Positions 42,460 to 54,999 are shown, counted from the first letter of the stretch. The stretch is 64,000 bases of DNA from an uncultured Gemmatimonadaceae bacterium (GCA_963843845.1 CAWJMB010000002.1:2720001-2784000), one strand, 5' to 3'. The notes: generated from the letters alone by a model not told the origin. Program-made: numbers and translations.

Positions 42460-42481
42460 GAAGGCCGGGGATCCCCGTCAG

Positions 42482-44543
42482 CTACGCGACCAGATGCCGC
42501 AACACCTCTGCGACGCTCCACGCCTGCGCCACGCAGCCGCGCGGCGTGTACGGCGCCTCGGCGTCGAAGACCTCGGCGATCGAGCCGACGCCGAATGCGC
42601 CGAGGTGGTCGAGCAGTGCGTCGAGCCGGCGGCGGGCGCCGTCGAGGTCGTCGGGATGCACCTTGCGCCACGCGTCGACGCCACGGGCCGATCAGCCAGC
42701 CCCACACCGTTCCCTGGTGATACGCGGCGTCGCGCGTCGCGCAGCGACGCCGAAATAGTGCGGCGCGTAGTTCGCGCTGCCGGGCGCGAGCGAGCGCAGC
42801 CCGTAGGGGCGTGACCAGCGCGTCTTCGACGACGCCGAGCACACTCGCCCAGCGGGCTTCGGTCGAGCACCGCGTGCGGCAGCGAGATCGCGAGCACCTG
42901 GTTCGGCCGGCATTCGCTGCCGCTCGTCGCCGTCCGGCGCCGTCGACCACGTCGTAGAGATAGCCGCCCGCGTCGTACCAGAACCGCGCGTTGAACGACT
43001 CGCGTGCGCGCGCCGCGTGCTCGGCCACAGCGCGCGGCCGTCAGCCGCGGGTCGCGAACGCGTCGCGTCCAGCCGGCCAGCACGCAGAGCGCGTTGTACC
43101 AGAGTGCGTTGATCTCGACCGGCTTGCCGCGGCGCGGCGTCACCACCCAGCCGTCGCACTTCGCATCCATCCAGGTCAGCTGGTAACCCGTCCGGCACCC
43201 TGGCGCAGCAGGCCGTCGGCGGGATCGACGCCGATGCCGAAGCGCGTGCCCGCGAGGTGGCGCTCGACGATGCCGATCATCGATCGGCAGCAGCCGCTCG
43301 ACCAGCGCGTCGTCGCCGGTGACGCTGCGCGTAGCGATCGAGCGCGTGGAAGAACCAGAGCGTCGCGTCGGCGGTGTGGTAGAGGCCCTCGTTGCTGCCG
43401 TCGGGAAACATGTTCGGCAGCAGCCCGTCGCGAACGTAGTGCGCGAAGGTGCGCAGGATGCTGCGCCGCCTCGCGCACGCGGCCCGTCGTCAAGCGTCAG
43501 TCCTTCGAGGCTGATCATCGTGTCGCGGCCCCAGTCGGTGAACCAGTGATAGCCGGCGATCACGCTGCGCAGACTCGTCGCCTTCGGCGACGGCGCGCGC
43601 GGCGTCGCGGTGGCGGCCCGCCGGGGTGATCACGAACTGGTCGGCGGCGAGCACGAGCTCGGCGCCGGCGCCTCGCTGCGAACGGCGCGGCGACGGGCGC
43701 AGCAGCCGCCGGCGGCGCTCGCTGCTCGGCCCAGAGCGCCTCGTCCGGCGACATCGCGAGCATCGTCTCCGACGCGACTCGCGTCGACGCGACCAGCGCG
43801 GCCCCGCCGCCAGGCGAGAGCTGGACCGAGAGCGTGCCGGGGCTCCACAGCGCGCCCTCGTGACGCGTAGCCGCGAGTCCTGCTCGACCCGGTAATGCAG
43901 CTCGGCGTGCTCGCACGGGTCCTGGACGAACTGCTGATCCGCGCCGTAGAGCTTGAGCCGCAGCGTCGCCGGGCCGTCGTCGCAGGTGATCTCGTGAACG
44001 TCGCCCAACGAGAGGCGATAGTTCGACTGCATCGGCGTCGTGACCTCCGCCTCGTAGCCGCGAAAGTGCACGGCGGGGCGCAGCTCGAGCCGCACGTCGC
44101 CCGACCCGTGCAGCAGGCGGTAGAGAACGAACGTGGTGTTCTGGCGGTGTGGCATGAGCACCCGCCGCTCGAGCAGCGCGTCGCCGACGGTGAACTCCCA
44201 CACCGGCATGCCTGCCTCGAGGCGGAAGTCGTGCAGGTGGTCGAAGCCCGGCAGCGACAGACGGTTCCCGGTGCGCTCCTCGCCGGTGAGCTGGATGCGC
44301 GTGCCGTCGGCGAGTGCGACGCACTCGACGACGTGATTCAGCAGCACCGTGCGCCCGATCGGGTTCGGCAGCGCGGCGACGAGCAGGCCGTGGTACTTCC
44401 GCGTCAGCGATCCCGGCACGCTCGCCGACGCGTAGCCGCCGAGTCCGTTCGTGACGAGCCATTCCTGCTGTAACAGCGATTCCGCGGTCGCGGCGAGTTC
44501 CGGGGCGACGCCGGCGAACGACGGAGTCGAGAATGTCGGGCAT
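42482..44543 (-). CDS. Glycogen debranching enzyme (amylo-alpha-1,6-glucosidase), many frameshifts
   Basis: EWLVTNGLGGYAS, RKYHGLL, LAADQF, IAGYHWFTDWGRDTMISLEGL, QLTWMDAK, GKPVEINALWYNAL, YHQGTVW, AQAWSVAE. Confidence 0.9.
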
Positions 44544-44547
44544 GCGA

Positions 44548-44601
44548 TCGTGAGGCAGTCGTGAGGCAGTCGTGAGGCAGTCGTGAGGCAGTCGTGAGGC
44601 A
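44548..44601. repeat. 11-bp tandem repeat (TCGTGAGGCAG) x5 filling the treZ-GDE intergenic space
   Basis: Read directly. Confidence 0.93.
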
Positions 44602-44603
44602 CG

Positions 44604-46600
44604 TCAGACGGGCTCGGGAACGAGCACCAGCGCCGTCTCGCCCTGCACGCGCCAGTTCTCGCGCGGCCGCAGCTCCTCGCGGTTCGGCACCGTGCGGTCG
44701 ATCTGCGGCGCGTCGGGGTCGAGCGTGCCGACGCCGCCGTAGCGCGCGTCCTGGCTCGACCACGCGATGCGCCACCGCGCGCCGTCGGGGGGCGCGAGCA
44801 GCGGCTCCGGCGCCGGGTCGAAGTGCAGGGTCCGCGCCGAGGTTCACGAGGAGCAGCCGGTCCCCGTGACCCTGGCCCGCACCCGTCGCCGAGTCGGCGT
44901 CGAAGAAGCGGAGCACGAAGCAGTCCGCGCCCAGCACCGCGCCATCGAGCGCGCGGCGCTGCGCCGAGAACACCGGGTCGTCGCGCCGCAGGCGAAGCAG
45001 ATCGCGGTGCAGGCGCCAACGACTCGCGGTGTCCGTGCTCGTCGCGCTCCGCGTGGTCGAGCTTGCACCGCTCGAACGCGTCGCGACGTCGCGCGGCGTC
45101 GGGGAGCGACGGCCTGCGCGTCGGCGCTCGCGACGTTCGCGAACTGCGCCATGAACTCGCGACGCCCTTTCGCGACGGCGCGCGCGAGCTCGGGCTCGTG
45201 ATCGGCGAAGTAGACGAACGGCGACGACGCGGCGAACTCCTGCCCCTGGAACAGCATCGGCGTCTGCGGGCCCGAACAGCAGCAGCGCCGTCATCGCGCG
45301 CCACCGGCCCGGGCTCGTCAGCGGTCGGGGCGCTCGCCGCACCCGGCGTTCGCGACCTGGTCGTGGTTCTGCAGAAAGTGCACGAAGCGCGCCGGCTCGA
45401 CGTCGAGCGTCGGCGGTGCCGCGGCGACCGATGCTGCCAGCGGTACCACTGCCCCTGATACAGGAATCCGTACTTCGCCGCCGAGACGAACTCCTGCGCG
45501 GTGCCGCGGTAGTCGGTGTAGTAGGCCTCGTCCTGTCCGGTGATCGCGACGATCGCGGCGTGATGCCAGTCGTCGTTCCAGATCATGTCGAGCCCGTAGC
45601 CGCCGCGCTCGACCGGGCGGCACGAGGCGCGCGTGCTGCGGCTCGTTCTCGTTGACGATGATCGTGCCCGCGTCCGCGCCGCGGCCGCGCGCACGCGGTC
45701 GCCGATCTCGATCGAGCACGTGACGTCGGCGACTCGTCGACGATGCTCTGCGTCGCGTCGAGCCGCAGCCCGTCGAGGTGGAACTCGTCGATCCAGTAGC
45801 CGGCGTTCGCGACGAAGAACTCGCGCACCGGCGCCGCGCCCTCGGCCGTCGAAGTTGAGCGAGTCGCCCCATTCGGTCTTGTCGCGCTCGGCTGAAGTAC
45901 TGCGGCGCGAACTCGCGGTAGGTAGCAGCCGTCCGGGCCGAAGTGGTTGTAGACCACGTCGAGCAGCACGCCCGAGCCCGACGGCGTGCGCCGCGTCGAC
46001 GAAGCGGCGGAAGTCGTCGGGCGTGCCGTAGAGCCGCGTCGGCGCGAACAGGTCGACGCCGTCGTATCCCCATCCGAACCGTCCCGGGAACTCGGCCACC
46101 GGCATGACCTCGATCGCCGTGACGCCGAGCTCGGCGAGCGCGCGCAGGTGCTGCTGCGCAGCGGCCCACGTCCCCTCGGGGGTGAACGTCCCGACGTGCA
46201 GCTCGTAGACGACCTGGCCGTGCAGCGTCAGGCCGCGCCAGTCGCCGTCGGTCCAGCGAAACGCGCCGGGGTCGACGACCTCGGACGGGCCGTGCGCCCC
46301 GTCCGGCTGGAAGCGCGATGCCGGATCGGGGAACGCGCCGCCGCCGTCGAGCCGGTACCGGTAGCACGTGCCGACCGAGGCCGTCGGGGCGATGCCGGCG
46401 AAGTAGCCATCGCGCTCGGCGACGAGCGACACCTCCGCCGGCGCGCCCGGCCCACGCTCGAGCACCACGCCCACGGCGGTACGGCGCGGCGCCCAGACGC
46501 GAAAGTGAACCCCGCCGCCGGCGAGCGGTTCGGCGCCGATCGGAAGGCGGCGCGGCGGAGAGTCAGCCGGGGTGGTCCCATCGGATCGCGCGGTCGTCAT
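44604..46600 (-). CDS. treZ: Malto-oligosyltrehalose trehalohydrolase (GH13), many frameshifts
   Basis: FRVWAP, PDPASRFQPDG, YELHVGTFTPEGT, WGYDGV, DVVYNHFGP, DGLRLDATQ, WNDDWHH, QNHDQVAN, MLFQGQEF. Confidence 0.9.
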
Positions 46601-46638
46601 GAACGGAGCGGCGCTGCGCACGATCGGTGCCGACACCG

Positions 46639-49600
46639 TCAGCGGTCGATGGCGACCGTCACCGTATTGTCGTCGGGCACCTGATCGATCAGCAGGTTGC
46701 GCGGATCGACCCCGGCGCGCGACGGGCGCCGCGGCACGGTCAGCGTGATCGTCTGCGTCCCCGGACGGATGCGATGCAACCGCAGGTGGAGCGGGGCCCA
46801 CTGCTCCCCCGCGTTCGACTCGGCGAACACGCCGATCTCGACGAGATCGTGCATCGGCACCTCGCGCTCGACGCCCGCGCTGTCGAACACCGACTTCCGC
46901 GCCCGCACGTCGAGCGTGACCCGCCACGTGCCGTCGGCGACGCGTGCGGCGACGGCACGCCGCGTCTCCAGCCGCCAGTACGTGTTCACCTCGAACAGGT
47001 CGTGCAGCAGGTACCGCAGCGAGTCGGGCGTCACCGCTCGCAGCTCGCGGTAGAGGTCGAGGGTCGTCGCGAGCGGCGCGCCGGGCGCGTCGTGCGCCGC
47101 GAGGAGGCGACGCAGCGCGCCGTTCACGCGGTCGGCGGCGAGGTACTCGCTCAGCGCGTACATCGCGAACGGGCCCTTGCGGTACGAGAGGTAGGGGTCG
47201 AGCGCGCGCAGCAGCGGCTCGCCGCGGCGGATGGGCGGGTACGGCGACGGCTGCCGCATGCGCGCGAGCAGCCGTCGCAGCTCCGCCTCGCCGCGCGACG
47301 CCTTCACGACCTGCATCGCGCCGTACCAGGCGAGCCCCTCGCTCATGAACGGCGCGCCCTCGACGGGCGCGTACGGCACGCCCCACTGGTGCCCCATCTC
47401 GTGCGCGACGACGGCGTACGGAAAGTCGAGCGTTCCCGCCGCGTCGCTCGGCGACCAGAGCGGGAAGCCCTCGCCGTGGCTGATCATCGCCGCGTCGGCG
47501 TGCAGCCCCGTGCCCGTGCGCCCGGGGTGCTCGACGATCGTGAGGTGGCCGTACGGGTAGGGGCCGAGCGCGGCGCTGAAGTAGTCCATCGACGCGCGGA
47601 CGCTGCGCAGCGTGCGGTCGAGGTGCCGCGTGTGCTCGGGGGCGTGGAAGACGCGGAGCACGACGGGGCGCCCCGCGGCGCCGGGCGGCGGCGTCCACCG
47701 CTCCTCGCGCACGGCGTAGCGCGCCGAGAAGAAGGACCACTCGTCGCCGATCGGCGCGTCGGTTCCGTAGTCGAACCAGCGCCGTCCCCCCTCGGTCCAC
47801 GTGCGGCGCAGCGCGCCCGGCGCGACCGCGACCTGGTCCTCGTCGGTGCCGACGATCGTCCGGAGCATGATCCCGCCGCCGCGCGCGTCGGTCTCCCCTT
47901 CCTCGCCGCCGGCGAGCGACGCGATGACGGGGCGCGGGGGCAGCGCGTGCTCGCGCCGGTCGGAGGCGGTGATCAGCTCGCGCTGCCGCCGGTAGCCGAC
48001 GAACGGCAGCCACGCCGCGCCGGTGAACGCGCTGCCGCCGGGGGAGAGCGACGGGTCGACGCCGCGTTCGCCGAAGCCGTGCGGCGCGACGCGCACGTCG
48101 AACGCGATGCGAAGCGTGTCGCCGGGCGCGAGCGGCTCGGCGAGCGCGTAGAGGCGCGTGTCGAGCCGCGCGTCGTTCCGCACGAGGGCGGCCGGCCGGT
48201 CGAACGTGAGGGCGCGCGTCTCGACGGCGCCCCCCGCGACCGCGACGAGCACCGAGTCGATCGGCGCGGCGCCGCGGTTCACGAGGCGGTGCGTGCCGCG
48301 GAGCGTGGCCTCGCGCCGCGCCGGGTGCAGCTCGATCCGCAGCGCGGTCGCGACGAGCTGCGGCTGCGGAGCGCGCTCGAAGCGACGGTAGCGGCGCTCG
48401 TAGTCGGCGCGGCGCGCCTTCGCGTCGCCGGACGACTCGTAGGCGTTGAGGACGTTCGTGTTGTAGAACACGAAGCCGCCGACCGCGAGCGCGAGCGCGG
48501 CGCCGGCGACGGCGGCCGCGCGCGTGCCGCCGGCGAGACGACGTCGCGCGAGACGGAGGCGCGCCCGCGCACCGCTCTCGCGCCCGCGCACCCAGAGCAG
48601 CCGCGCCGCGACGGCGAGCAGGACGCGCCCACGCGCCCCAGTACAGCTTGAACCAGAGCCACGGCGCGAGCGACGCGCCGAAGCCGCGCATCGCGGAGTA
48701 CGACCAGTTCGGCGCGGCGCCGTAGACGAGCAGGTCGTGCTCGACGCCCGACATCGGGGCGAGCGCGGCGATGAAGACGTAGGCCACGATCGCGGCGAGG
48801 TGGCCGACGTACTTCTGGTTCACCGCGACGTGCACGGCGAATGCGAGCGTCGCGAACAGCAGGTACTCGGGGAGCTGCAGCCCGAACAGCACCGTCGCGT
48901 ACAGCCCGGGCTCGTAGTCGTGATGGCCGCGGATCGTCTGCGCCGCGACGCCGGCCGCACCGAGCATCACGAGCAGCGCGACGACGACGAGCGAGAGGCC
49001 GAGCAGCTTGCCGAGGAGGGGCGCCCAGTCGGAGCCGGGCATCGCGTCGGTGAGGTCGCTCACGCCGGCCTCGCGCTCGCGCCACACGAGCTCACCGGCG
49101 AAGAACACGAGCAGCAGCGGGACGATGACCCATCGGCTCAGCTCCGCGGAGAGCGGCGCCGTCAGCTCGCTCAGCACGCGCGCCGTCGTCGGCACGACCG
49201 GCACGTCGGCGACCGACATCTGATCGAGCAGGACGGCGACGGTGAGCGCGGGGATGAACGCGAGCAGCGCGAGCCCCGCCCAGCTCAGCGCCAGCGTGCG
49301 GAACGAGACCCACGCGACCGCGAGCGTGCGGCGCAGCTGGATCGCGAGCCCGGTCGCGGGCGCGGCGGCGGGCCGCGCGACGGCCTCCGAGTGCGCGGCA
49401 GCGCGGGCCGCCTCGCGCGCGGCGTCGCGAGTCGCACCGCGCGCTCGGCGCGCGCGCGAGCGCTCGGCGCGGTGTTCGAGCGCGAACGTGAGGTAGGTGA
49501 CGACGAGCGCGGCGGCCGCGACGCCGAGCCAGAGCAGGCGGTTCGCGAGCAGCGCACCGTTCAGCGCGAGCAGCCGCTGCGCCTTCTCGGCCACCGTCCA

Positions 49601-50263
49601 GCTGCGCGCGACGTCCTCGACGAGGAAGCGGATGCCGATCGGATCGGCGAGCCCGCCGAGCGCCTGGCGGAAGAGCACGAGCGAGGCGACGAAGAACCCC
49701 ATGAACACGAGCCCGAGGCTCGCGACATAGCTCGCCATCGCGCGCCCGGTGCGCGCCGCGACGGCGAACTGGAGCGCCGTCGCGACGACAGCGTTCGGCA
49801 GGGTGAGGAACGCGTACGCGGTGAGATACGCCGCCGGCCGGAACGGCCCGATCACCTCGGGCGCCACGCCCGGCGAGTGGACCCCCAGCAGCATGCCGAG
49901 CGGCACGCCGAGGAGAACGAGGGCGTTGATCGCCAGCGCGGCGAGGAAGCGGCCGCCGAGATACTCCGCCTTCGTGAGCGACGACGTGTAGACGAGCGGG
50001 TACATGCGCGTCCCGACGTCGCGCGCCGCCGCCTCGCCGGCGATCGCGGGCGCGACGAGCAGCCAGACGAGGCCGCCGAACACCGACGTCGCCGCGATCG
50101 CGAACGGCGCGTTCGCCGGGAAGTCCTCGAGCATCGCGTCGGCGAGCGCGCGGTCGCGCGCCATCAGGAAGTCGACGACGAGGACGACGAGGAAGAAGAG
50201 CCAGGGCCAGACGCGGCGCGCCTGGTAGGCGAGCTCGAAGCGAACGACGCCCCAGAGCCTCAT
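46639..50263 (-). CDS. ABC-2 permease fused to M1-family metallopeptidase, frameshift ~48625
   Basis: Two permease repeats, then AHEMGHQW...SEGLAWY and YRKG. Confidence 0.88.
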
Positions 50264-51220
50264 GCGGCGCCGGGCGCGGCGTGCGCGGCGCGCGCCGGCG
50301 CGCCGGTCGATCCGTGCCCCGCCATCGTGGCGAAGTACACGTCCTCGAGGTCGGGCTCGGCGGGCTCGAAGCCCTCGCCGGGCGGCGCGTCGGCGTGGAC
50401 GCGGACGAGCGTGCGGCCGGCGAGCAGCTTCGTCGAGATGACGGCGTGCGCGCGCTCGACCGCGGGGAGCTCGTCCTTCGCGACGACGCGGCGCCAGATG
50501 CGACCGCGCAGCGCGGCGACGGCGCGCAGCGGCTCGGCCTCGAGCAGGATGCGGCCGCGGTCGATGATCGCCATGCGCGTGCACAGCTCGCTCACGTCCT
50601 CGACGATGTGCGTCGAGAGCAGCACGACGCTCCGCTCGCCCAGCTCGGCGAGCAGGTTCAGGAAGCGCACGCGCTCGGCGGGGTCGAGTCCCGCGGTCGG
50701 CTCGTCGACGATCATGAGCGGCGGGGTTGCCGAGCAGCGCGACGGCGACGCCGAAGCGCTGCCGCATGCCGCCGGAGTAGCCGCCGAGCTTCTGGCCGCG
50801 CACGTCCCACAGGTTCACCTGGCGGAGCAGCGCCTCGACGGTCGCGCGTCGCGCGGCGCGGTCGGCGATCCCCTTCAGCAGCGCGAAGTGGTCGAGCAGC
50901 CGCTCGGCGCTCACCTTCGGGTAGACGCCGAACTCCTGCGGCAGGTAGCCGAGCGTGCGGCGCAGCTCGTCCTTCTGCGCGAGGACGTCGATCGTGCGCG
51001 CGACGGATGGGGCGCCGCCCGGCGCGGCCGTGGTGCCTAACGAGATGGTGCCGGCGTCGGGATCCTGCAGCGTCGCGAGGATGCGCATGAGCGTCGACTT
51101 GCCGGCGCCGTTCGGGCCGAGGAGGCCGTACATGCCGGCCGGGATGGTGAGCGAGACGTCGCTCAGCGCGCGGACGCCGTTCGGGTAGGTCTTGGAGACC
51201 CCGTCGATCCTCAGCTCCAT
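50260..51220 (-). CDS. ABC transporter ATP-binding protein, frameshift ~50720
   Basis: GPNGAGKST, YSGGMRQR, IVDEPTAGLDP, LSTH. Confidence 0.93.
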
Positions 51221-51873
51221 CGCGCGGCGCGGACGGCGGGGTCGACCGGGCGGCTCGCGGGCTCGCGCTCCGTGGCCGCGAGGCCCGGCGTGCCGGCCGA
51301 GAGTGCACGGTCGTCGCATGCCGCGTCGGCGCTCGTGCTCACTACCGTGCCTGACCTGCCAGACGCGCCTGACGGGACCGTGTCGTCGCTCGTGCCGGGA
51401 GTGACGGTGTCGGCGCGGCGGGCGAGCCAGATGGTGCCGGCGGCGGCGGCGGCGCCGAAGGGCGCGGCCCAGCGGACGTCGTCGAGGACGTCGCCCCAGG
51501 CGGCCGGCCCGTCGCCGCTGAGCACGTTCATGAGCTGGAGGAAGAGGGGCATCCCGATCCCGCCGACGGCGGCGCCGAGGAGGGCGAAGCGCGCGGGGTC
51601 GATGTCGGCGAGGCGGCGGCCGCGGTAGCTGAGGCGGATGAGGGCGGCGAACAGCGCGCCCATCGCCGCGCCGATGATGCCGAAGCGCACGCCGAGCGCG
51701 ACGCCGCCGAAGAGCGCGACGCCGACGCGCTCGGGGAGCGAGTCGACGCTCGGCTCGGGGTTGACGAGGTTCACGGCGACGACGAGCGCGCCGCCGGCGA
51801 CGGCCCAGGCGACGCCCCAGGTGAGAGCGGTGCGCGCGACGGCGCGGAGCGATCGTACGGCGTCGTGGGTCAT
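51211..51873 (-). CDS. Hypothetical 4-TM membrane protein
   Basis: Four hydrophobic segments, co-oriented with and overlapping the ABC ATPase start. Confidence 0.7.
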   Translation of the reverse strand: MTHDAVRSLRAVARTALTWGVAWAVAGGALVVAVNLVNPEPSVDSLPERVGVALFGGVALGVRFGIIGAAMGALFAALIRLSYRGRRLADIDPARFALLGAAVGGIGMPLFLQLMNVLSGDGPAAWGDVLDDVRWAAPFGAAAAAGTIWLARRADTVTPGTSDDTVPSGASGRSGTVVSTSADAACDDRALSAGTPGLAATEREPASRPVDPAVRAARWS

Positions 51874-51907
51874 TCCCTGCGGCTCCAGCGGTGGGTGCGG
51901 GCGGCTA

Positions 51908-51924
51908 ACTTTGCAACACAAAGT
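51908..51924. promoter_or_regulatory. Palindrome ACTTTG-N5-CAAAGT, candidate operator
   Basis: Perfect 6-bp AT-rich inverted repeat in the divergent region between the ABC operon and the GntR gene. Confidence 0.5.
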
Positions 51925-52083
51925 ACACTGCATCGACATCCGCGGCAATGGCGTGCGCGGACCGGGTGTACGGGGCGCGCGCCTCCGTCGCGGGGCGGGG
52001 GGCGTTCGACGCGTCGCTAGGTTACGCGCATCGTCGGCGCGCGGTGCACCGCTCCGAACTCACGTCGATAGCGAGGCCGACCC

Positions 52084-53173
52084 ATGCAGAAGCGGAGCGT
52101 CGTCGCGGACACACTCCGGGAGCGGATCGTCAGCGCACAGCGGTTCGGCACGCTCGACCCCGACGGCCGCCTGCCGAGCGCCCGGGTCCTGGCGGAGGAG
52201 CTCGACGTCGACCCGCGGGTCGTGATGGCGGCCTACCGCGGGCTGGAGCGCGACGGCCTCGTCGAGCGACGGCCGGGCTCGCGCAGCTTCTTCGCGGCCG
52301 GCCACGGCGCGGACCGGCGCGGCCAGCGTGCGGCGGCCGCGGCTGGGAAGCGTGGCGCGTCGAGGGCGTCGACGACGACGGGCGAGCGGAGCGAGGGGAG
52401 CGAGGGGAGCGATCCGCGCCCCGTCGAATGGCTCGCCGGCGTCCTCGCCCAGGCGATCGAGCGCGACATCCCGGCGCCCCGCTTCCCCGAGCGGGTGGGG
52501 CGCGCGACCGACACGGTGCGGCTGCGCGCGGTCTGCGTGGAGTGCAACCGCGACCACCTCACCTGGCTCTGCCGCGAGCTGCACGACGACTACGGGATCG
52601 ACGCCACGCCGCTCGAGCTGGACGCGCTGCGCGAGATGCTCGACCCGCCGTCCGGCGCGGACGAGCCGGGCGCGGACGGGCCCGACGCCTCCAGGGCGGA
52701 AGACGCCCGGCTCCCCCTGGTCGTGCGCCGCGCCGATCTCTTCGTGACGACCCGCCACCACGCCGACGCCGTCGCGCCAACGGCCGAGCGACTCGGGCGG
52801 CCGATGGTCGTGGTCGCGCACCGCGAGGACCTGACGCGCGAGCTGGAGCGGCTGCTCGCCGCCGGCCCGGTCTACTTCCTGGGCACCGACCCGCGCTTCG
52901 GTGCGAAGGTGCGCGCGGTCTACGCGGGGCGGGTCGCGGACGCGCACGTGCGGCCGGTCATCCTCGACGGAGACGTCCGGGGACGACGCGGCCGCGGCGG
53001 CGGCGATCCCGGCCGGCGCCTCCGCCTACGTCATGCGGACGGCGCGGGACCGACTCGGCGGCGTGCCGCCGCAGGTGCGGGCGCTGTCGACGCTCCGCGC
53101 GTTCTCGCGCGAGACGCGGCTGGAGATCCTCCGCTTCGTCGTGCAGCGCAACCTCGCCGCGGCGTCCGCGTAG
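52084..53173 (+). CDS. GntR-family transcriptional regulator, frameshift ~52980
   Basis: wHTH RLPSARVLAEELDVDPRVVMAAYRGLERDGLVERRPGS; the plausible C-terminus lies in ORF 52901..53173. Confidence 0.8.
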
Positions 53174-53254
53174 CGCGGGCGCGCCGAGGCGAGCGCGGCG
53201 AGCGCGGCGCGCTCGGCGTGGATCGGCCGGCGCGCCAACGCGGGAGCCTCAGCG

Positions 53255-54289
53255 CTACGGGCGCGCGGCGCCGTCGCGGTCCACCTCGACGCGCTCCTTG
53301 CGCACCGTGTCTTCCACCGTCTGCTGGTCCGTGACGGCGTGCTTCCGGATGACGATCTCCTCCTTCGGCACGACGCGCTTCCGAGTGACGACCTCCTCCG
53401 CCATCACCGGCACGCGGATCTCCGACTCGCCGAGCGTCGCGGCACCGGGGCCAGCGGCGGCGTCGGCGCGCGAGGCATCGGCGGACACCGGGCGGCGCTC
53501 GACCGTCACCTCCTCGCGCTGCACCGGCACCGTCTCGCGCACGCGCTCGGACTCGACCGTCTTCCGCACCCGGACGGCGCCCGCCTCGACCGCGCGCTTG
53601 CCGACCTCGAGCTGCTCCTCGCGCCGCCGGATGTAGGTGTCGCCGTCGGCCCTCGCGCCACGCCGGCCGAGGAAGCGGCGGCCGTCGAAGGTCGTGTCGT
53701 CGTAGAAGTCGTCGCGGCCGTCGGCCGGCGGCGTACGCTGCGCGCTCGGCGCGGCCCCCCCCGTCGGCGCCGCAGCGCCCCTGCCCCGCGCGCGATACCC
53801 GTCGACGACCGCGCGCTCGAACTCGCGGTCGAGACGCCCGCGCTCGTACGGCGGGAGGCCGGGCAGGTCGAGCGCGCTCGCCTCGACGAGCACGTCGTCG
53901 TTCTCGTCGTCGAGGTGCGCGAGGCCGATGGGGACGAGCGCGTAGCGCGTCGGGTCGACGCGCGAGTCGTCGTCGCCGGCGGCGCGGGCGCGGCGGGCGG
54001 CCGCGTCCTCCTCCAGCTTCACCTCGAGATAGCGCACCTGCATCGAGCCGGTGTCGACGAGCAGGTCGGTCACCTCGCCGAGCTTGTCGCGTCCGATGGC
54101 GCTGCGGAGGGCCCAGCCGCGGACGTCGGGCGCTCCGTCGGCGACCTCGATGTCGTCGAGCTTGCTGAGGTGGGCGAGCGCGCCCTGCGAGACGGTGTCG
54201 AGCCCGCGCGCGGTGCGGTCGTACGTCAGTGGCGTGTCGCCGGCGGCGTCTCGTGAATCGTTCCTGGTCCGATCCTGTTCGTCATGCAT
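53255..54289 (-). CDS. PRC-barrel + DUF2382 (YsnF/AvaK) domain protein
   Basis: PDVRGW, LGEVTDLLVD, VRYLEV; REEQLEVGKRAVEAGAVRVRK, EEVTVERRPV, VRKERVEV. Confidence 0.88.
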   Translation of the reverse strand: MHDEQDRTRNDSRDAAGDTPLTYDRTARGLDTVSQGALAHLSKLDDIEVADGAPDVRGWALRSAIGRDKLGEVTDLLVDTGSMQVRYLEVKLEEDAAARRARAAGDDDSRVDPTRYALVPIGLAHLDDENDDVLVEASALDLPGLPPYERGRLDREFERAVVDGYRARGRGAAAPTGGAAPSAQRTPPADGRDDFYDDTTFDGRRFLGRRGARADGDTYIRRREEQLEVGKRAVEAGAVRVRKTVESERVRETVPVQREEVTVERRPVSADASRADAAAGPGAATLGESEIRVPVMAEEVVTRKRVVPKEEIVIRKHAVTDQQTVEDTVRKERVEVDRDGAARP

Positions 54290-54387
54290 GAGGTATCCTC
54301 CAGACGTGTGTGAGTGAGTCGTTCGGGGGGGCGCGAGGGGGGGCGCGGGCGGCGGGCGCGGGCGGCGGTGCCGTCCGCGCTCGGCGC

Positions 54388-54999
54388 TCAGCCGGCGATC
54401 TGCCGGATCGCGTCCGCGGTCCTGGCGAAGAAGGCCTCCACCCGCGCGCCCTGGTCGAGCAGCGGCGTCTTCGGGTCGACGGCGAGGGCCGCGGCGTGCG
54501 CGGCGGCGACGCGGTCGCCGTCGCCGGCGTCGGGGCGCATCTCGCGCAGCACGCCCGCCGCGAGCAGGAACGCCTCGCGCGCCTGGAGCGCGTGCGTCGT
54601 GGCGCTCGGGTCGCGCTGCATGGCGTCGGCGCGCTCGCGGATCTCGCTCGCGCGGGCATTCACGTCCATGCCCGCCGGAGCGCGGTCGCGCACCGCGACG
54701 AGGGCGTCGGCGACGTGGCGCAGACCGTCGGCCGTGTAGTCGTGCGACGGCCCCATGGCGCTCCGGCCGCCCTCGGCGAAGCGGGCGAGGCGATCGACGG
54801 GGGCGAGCGCCGCGGCGGCGTCGCCGCCGCTGGCGGCCGTGTCGGCCACGGCGGGCGCGGCCTGCCGGCCCGCCACACCCACCCGGTCGTCGTCGCGGCT
54901 GCCGAGCAGCCACCACGCCAGCACCGCGAGCAGCGCCACTCCCAACAGCACCCAGGGCCAGAGCGTGCGTTCCTTGTGCTGGACGGGAATCGTGGCCAT
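54388..54999 (-). CDS. Hypothetical membrane-anchored protein
   Basis: N-terminal TM LWPWVLLGVALLAVLAWWLL, helical body; AGGAGG RBS upstream. Confidence 0.75.
   Translation of the reverse strand: MATIPVQHKERTLWPWVLLGVALLAVLAWWLLGSRDDDRVGVAGRQAAPAVADTAASGGDAAAALAPVDRLARFAEGGRSAMGPSHDYTADGLRHVADALVAVRDRAPAGMDVNARASEIRERADAMQRDPSATTHALQAREAFLLAAGVLREMRPDAGDGDRVAAAHAAALAVDPKTPLLDQGARVEAFFARTADAIRQIAG

Noticed and set aside
43490..51319. 2609-aa giant ORF
   Set aside because: It is an artefact of frameshifts and stop-poor GC-rich sequence joining parts of four ordinary genes (ABC ATPase, permease-peptidase, treZ, GDE).
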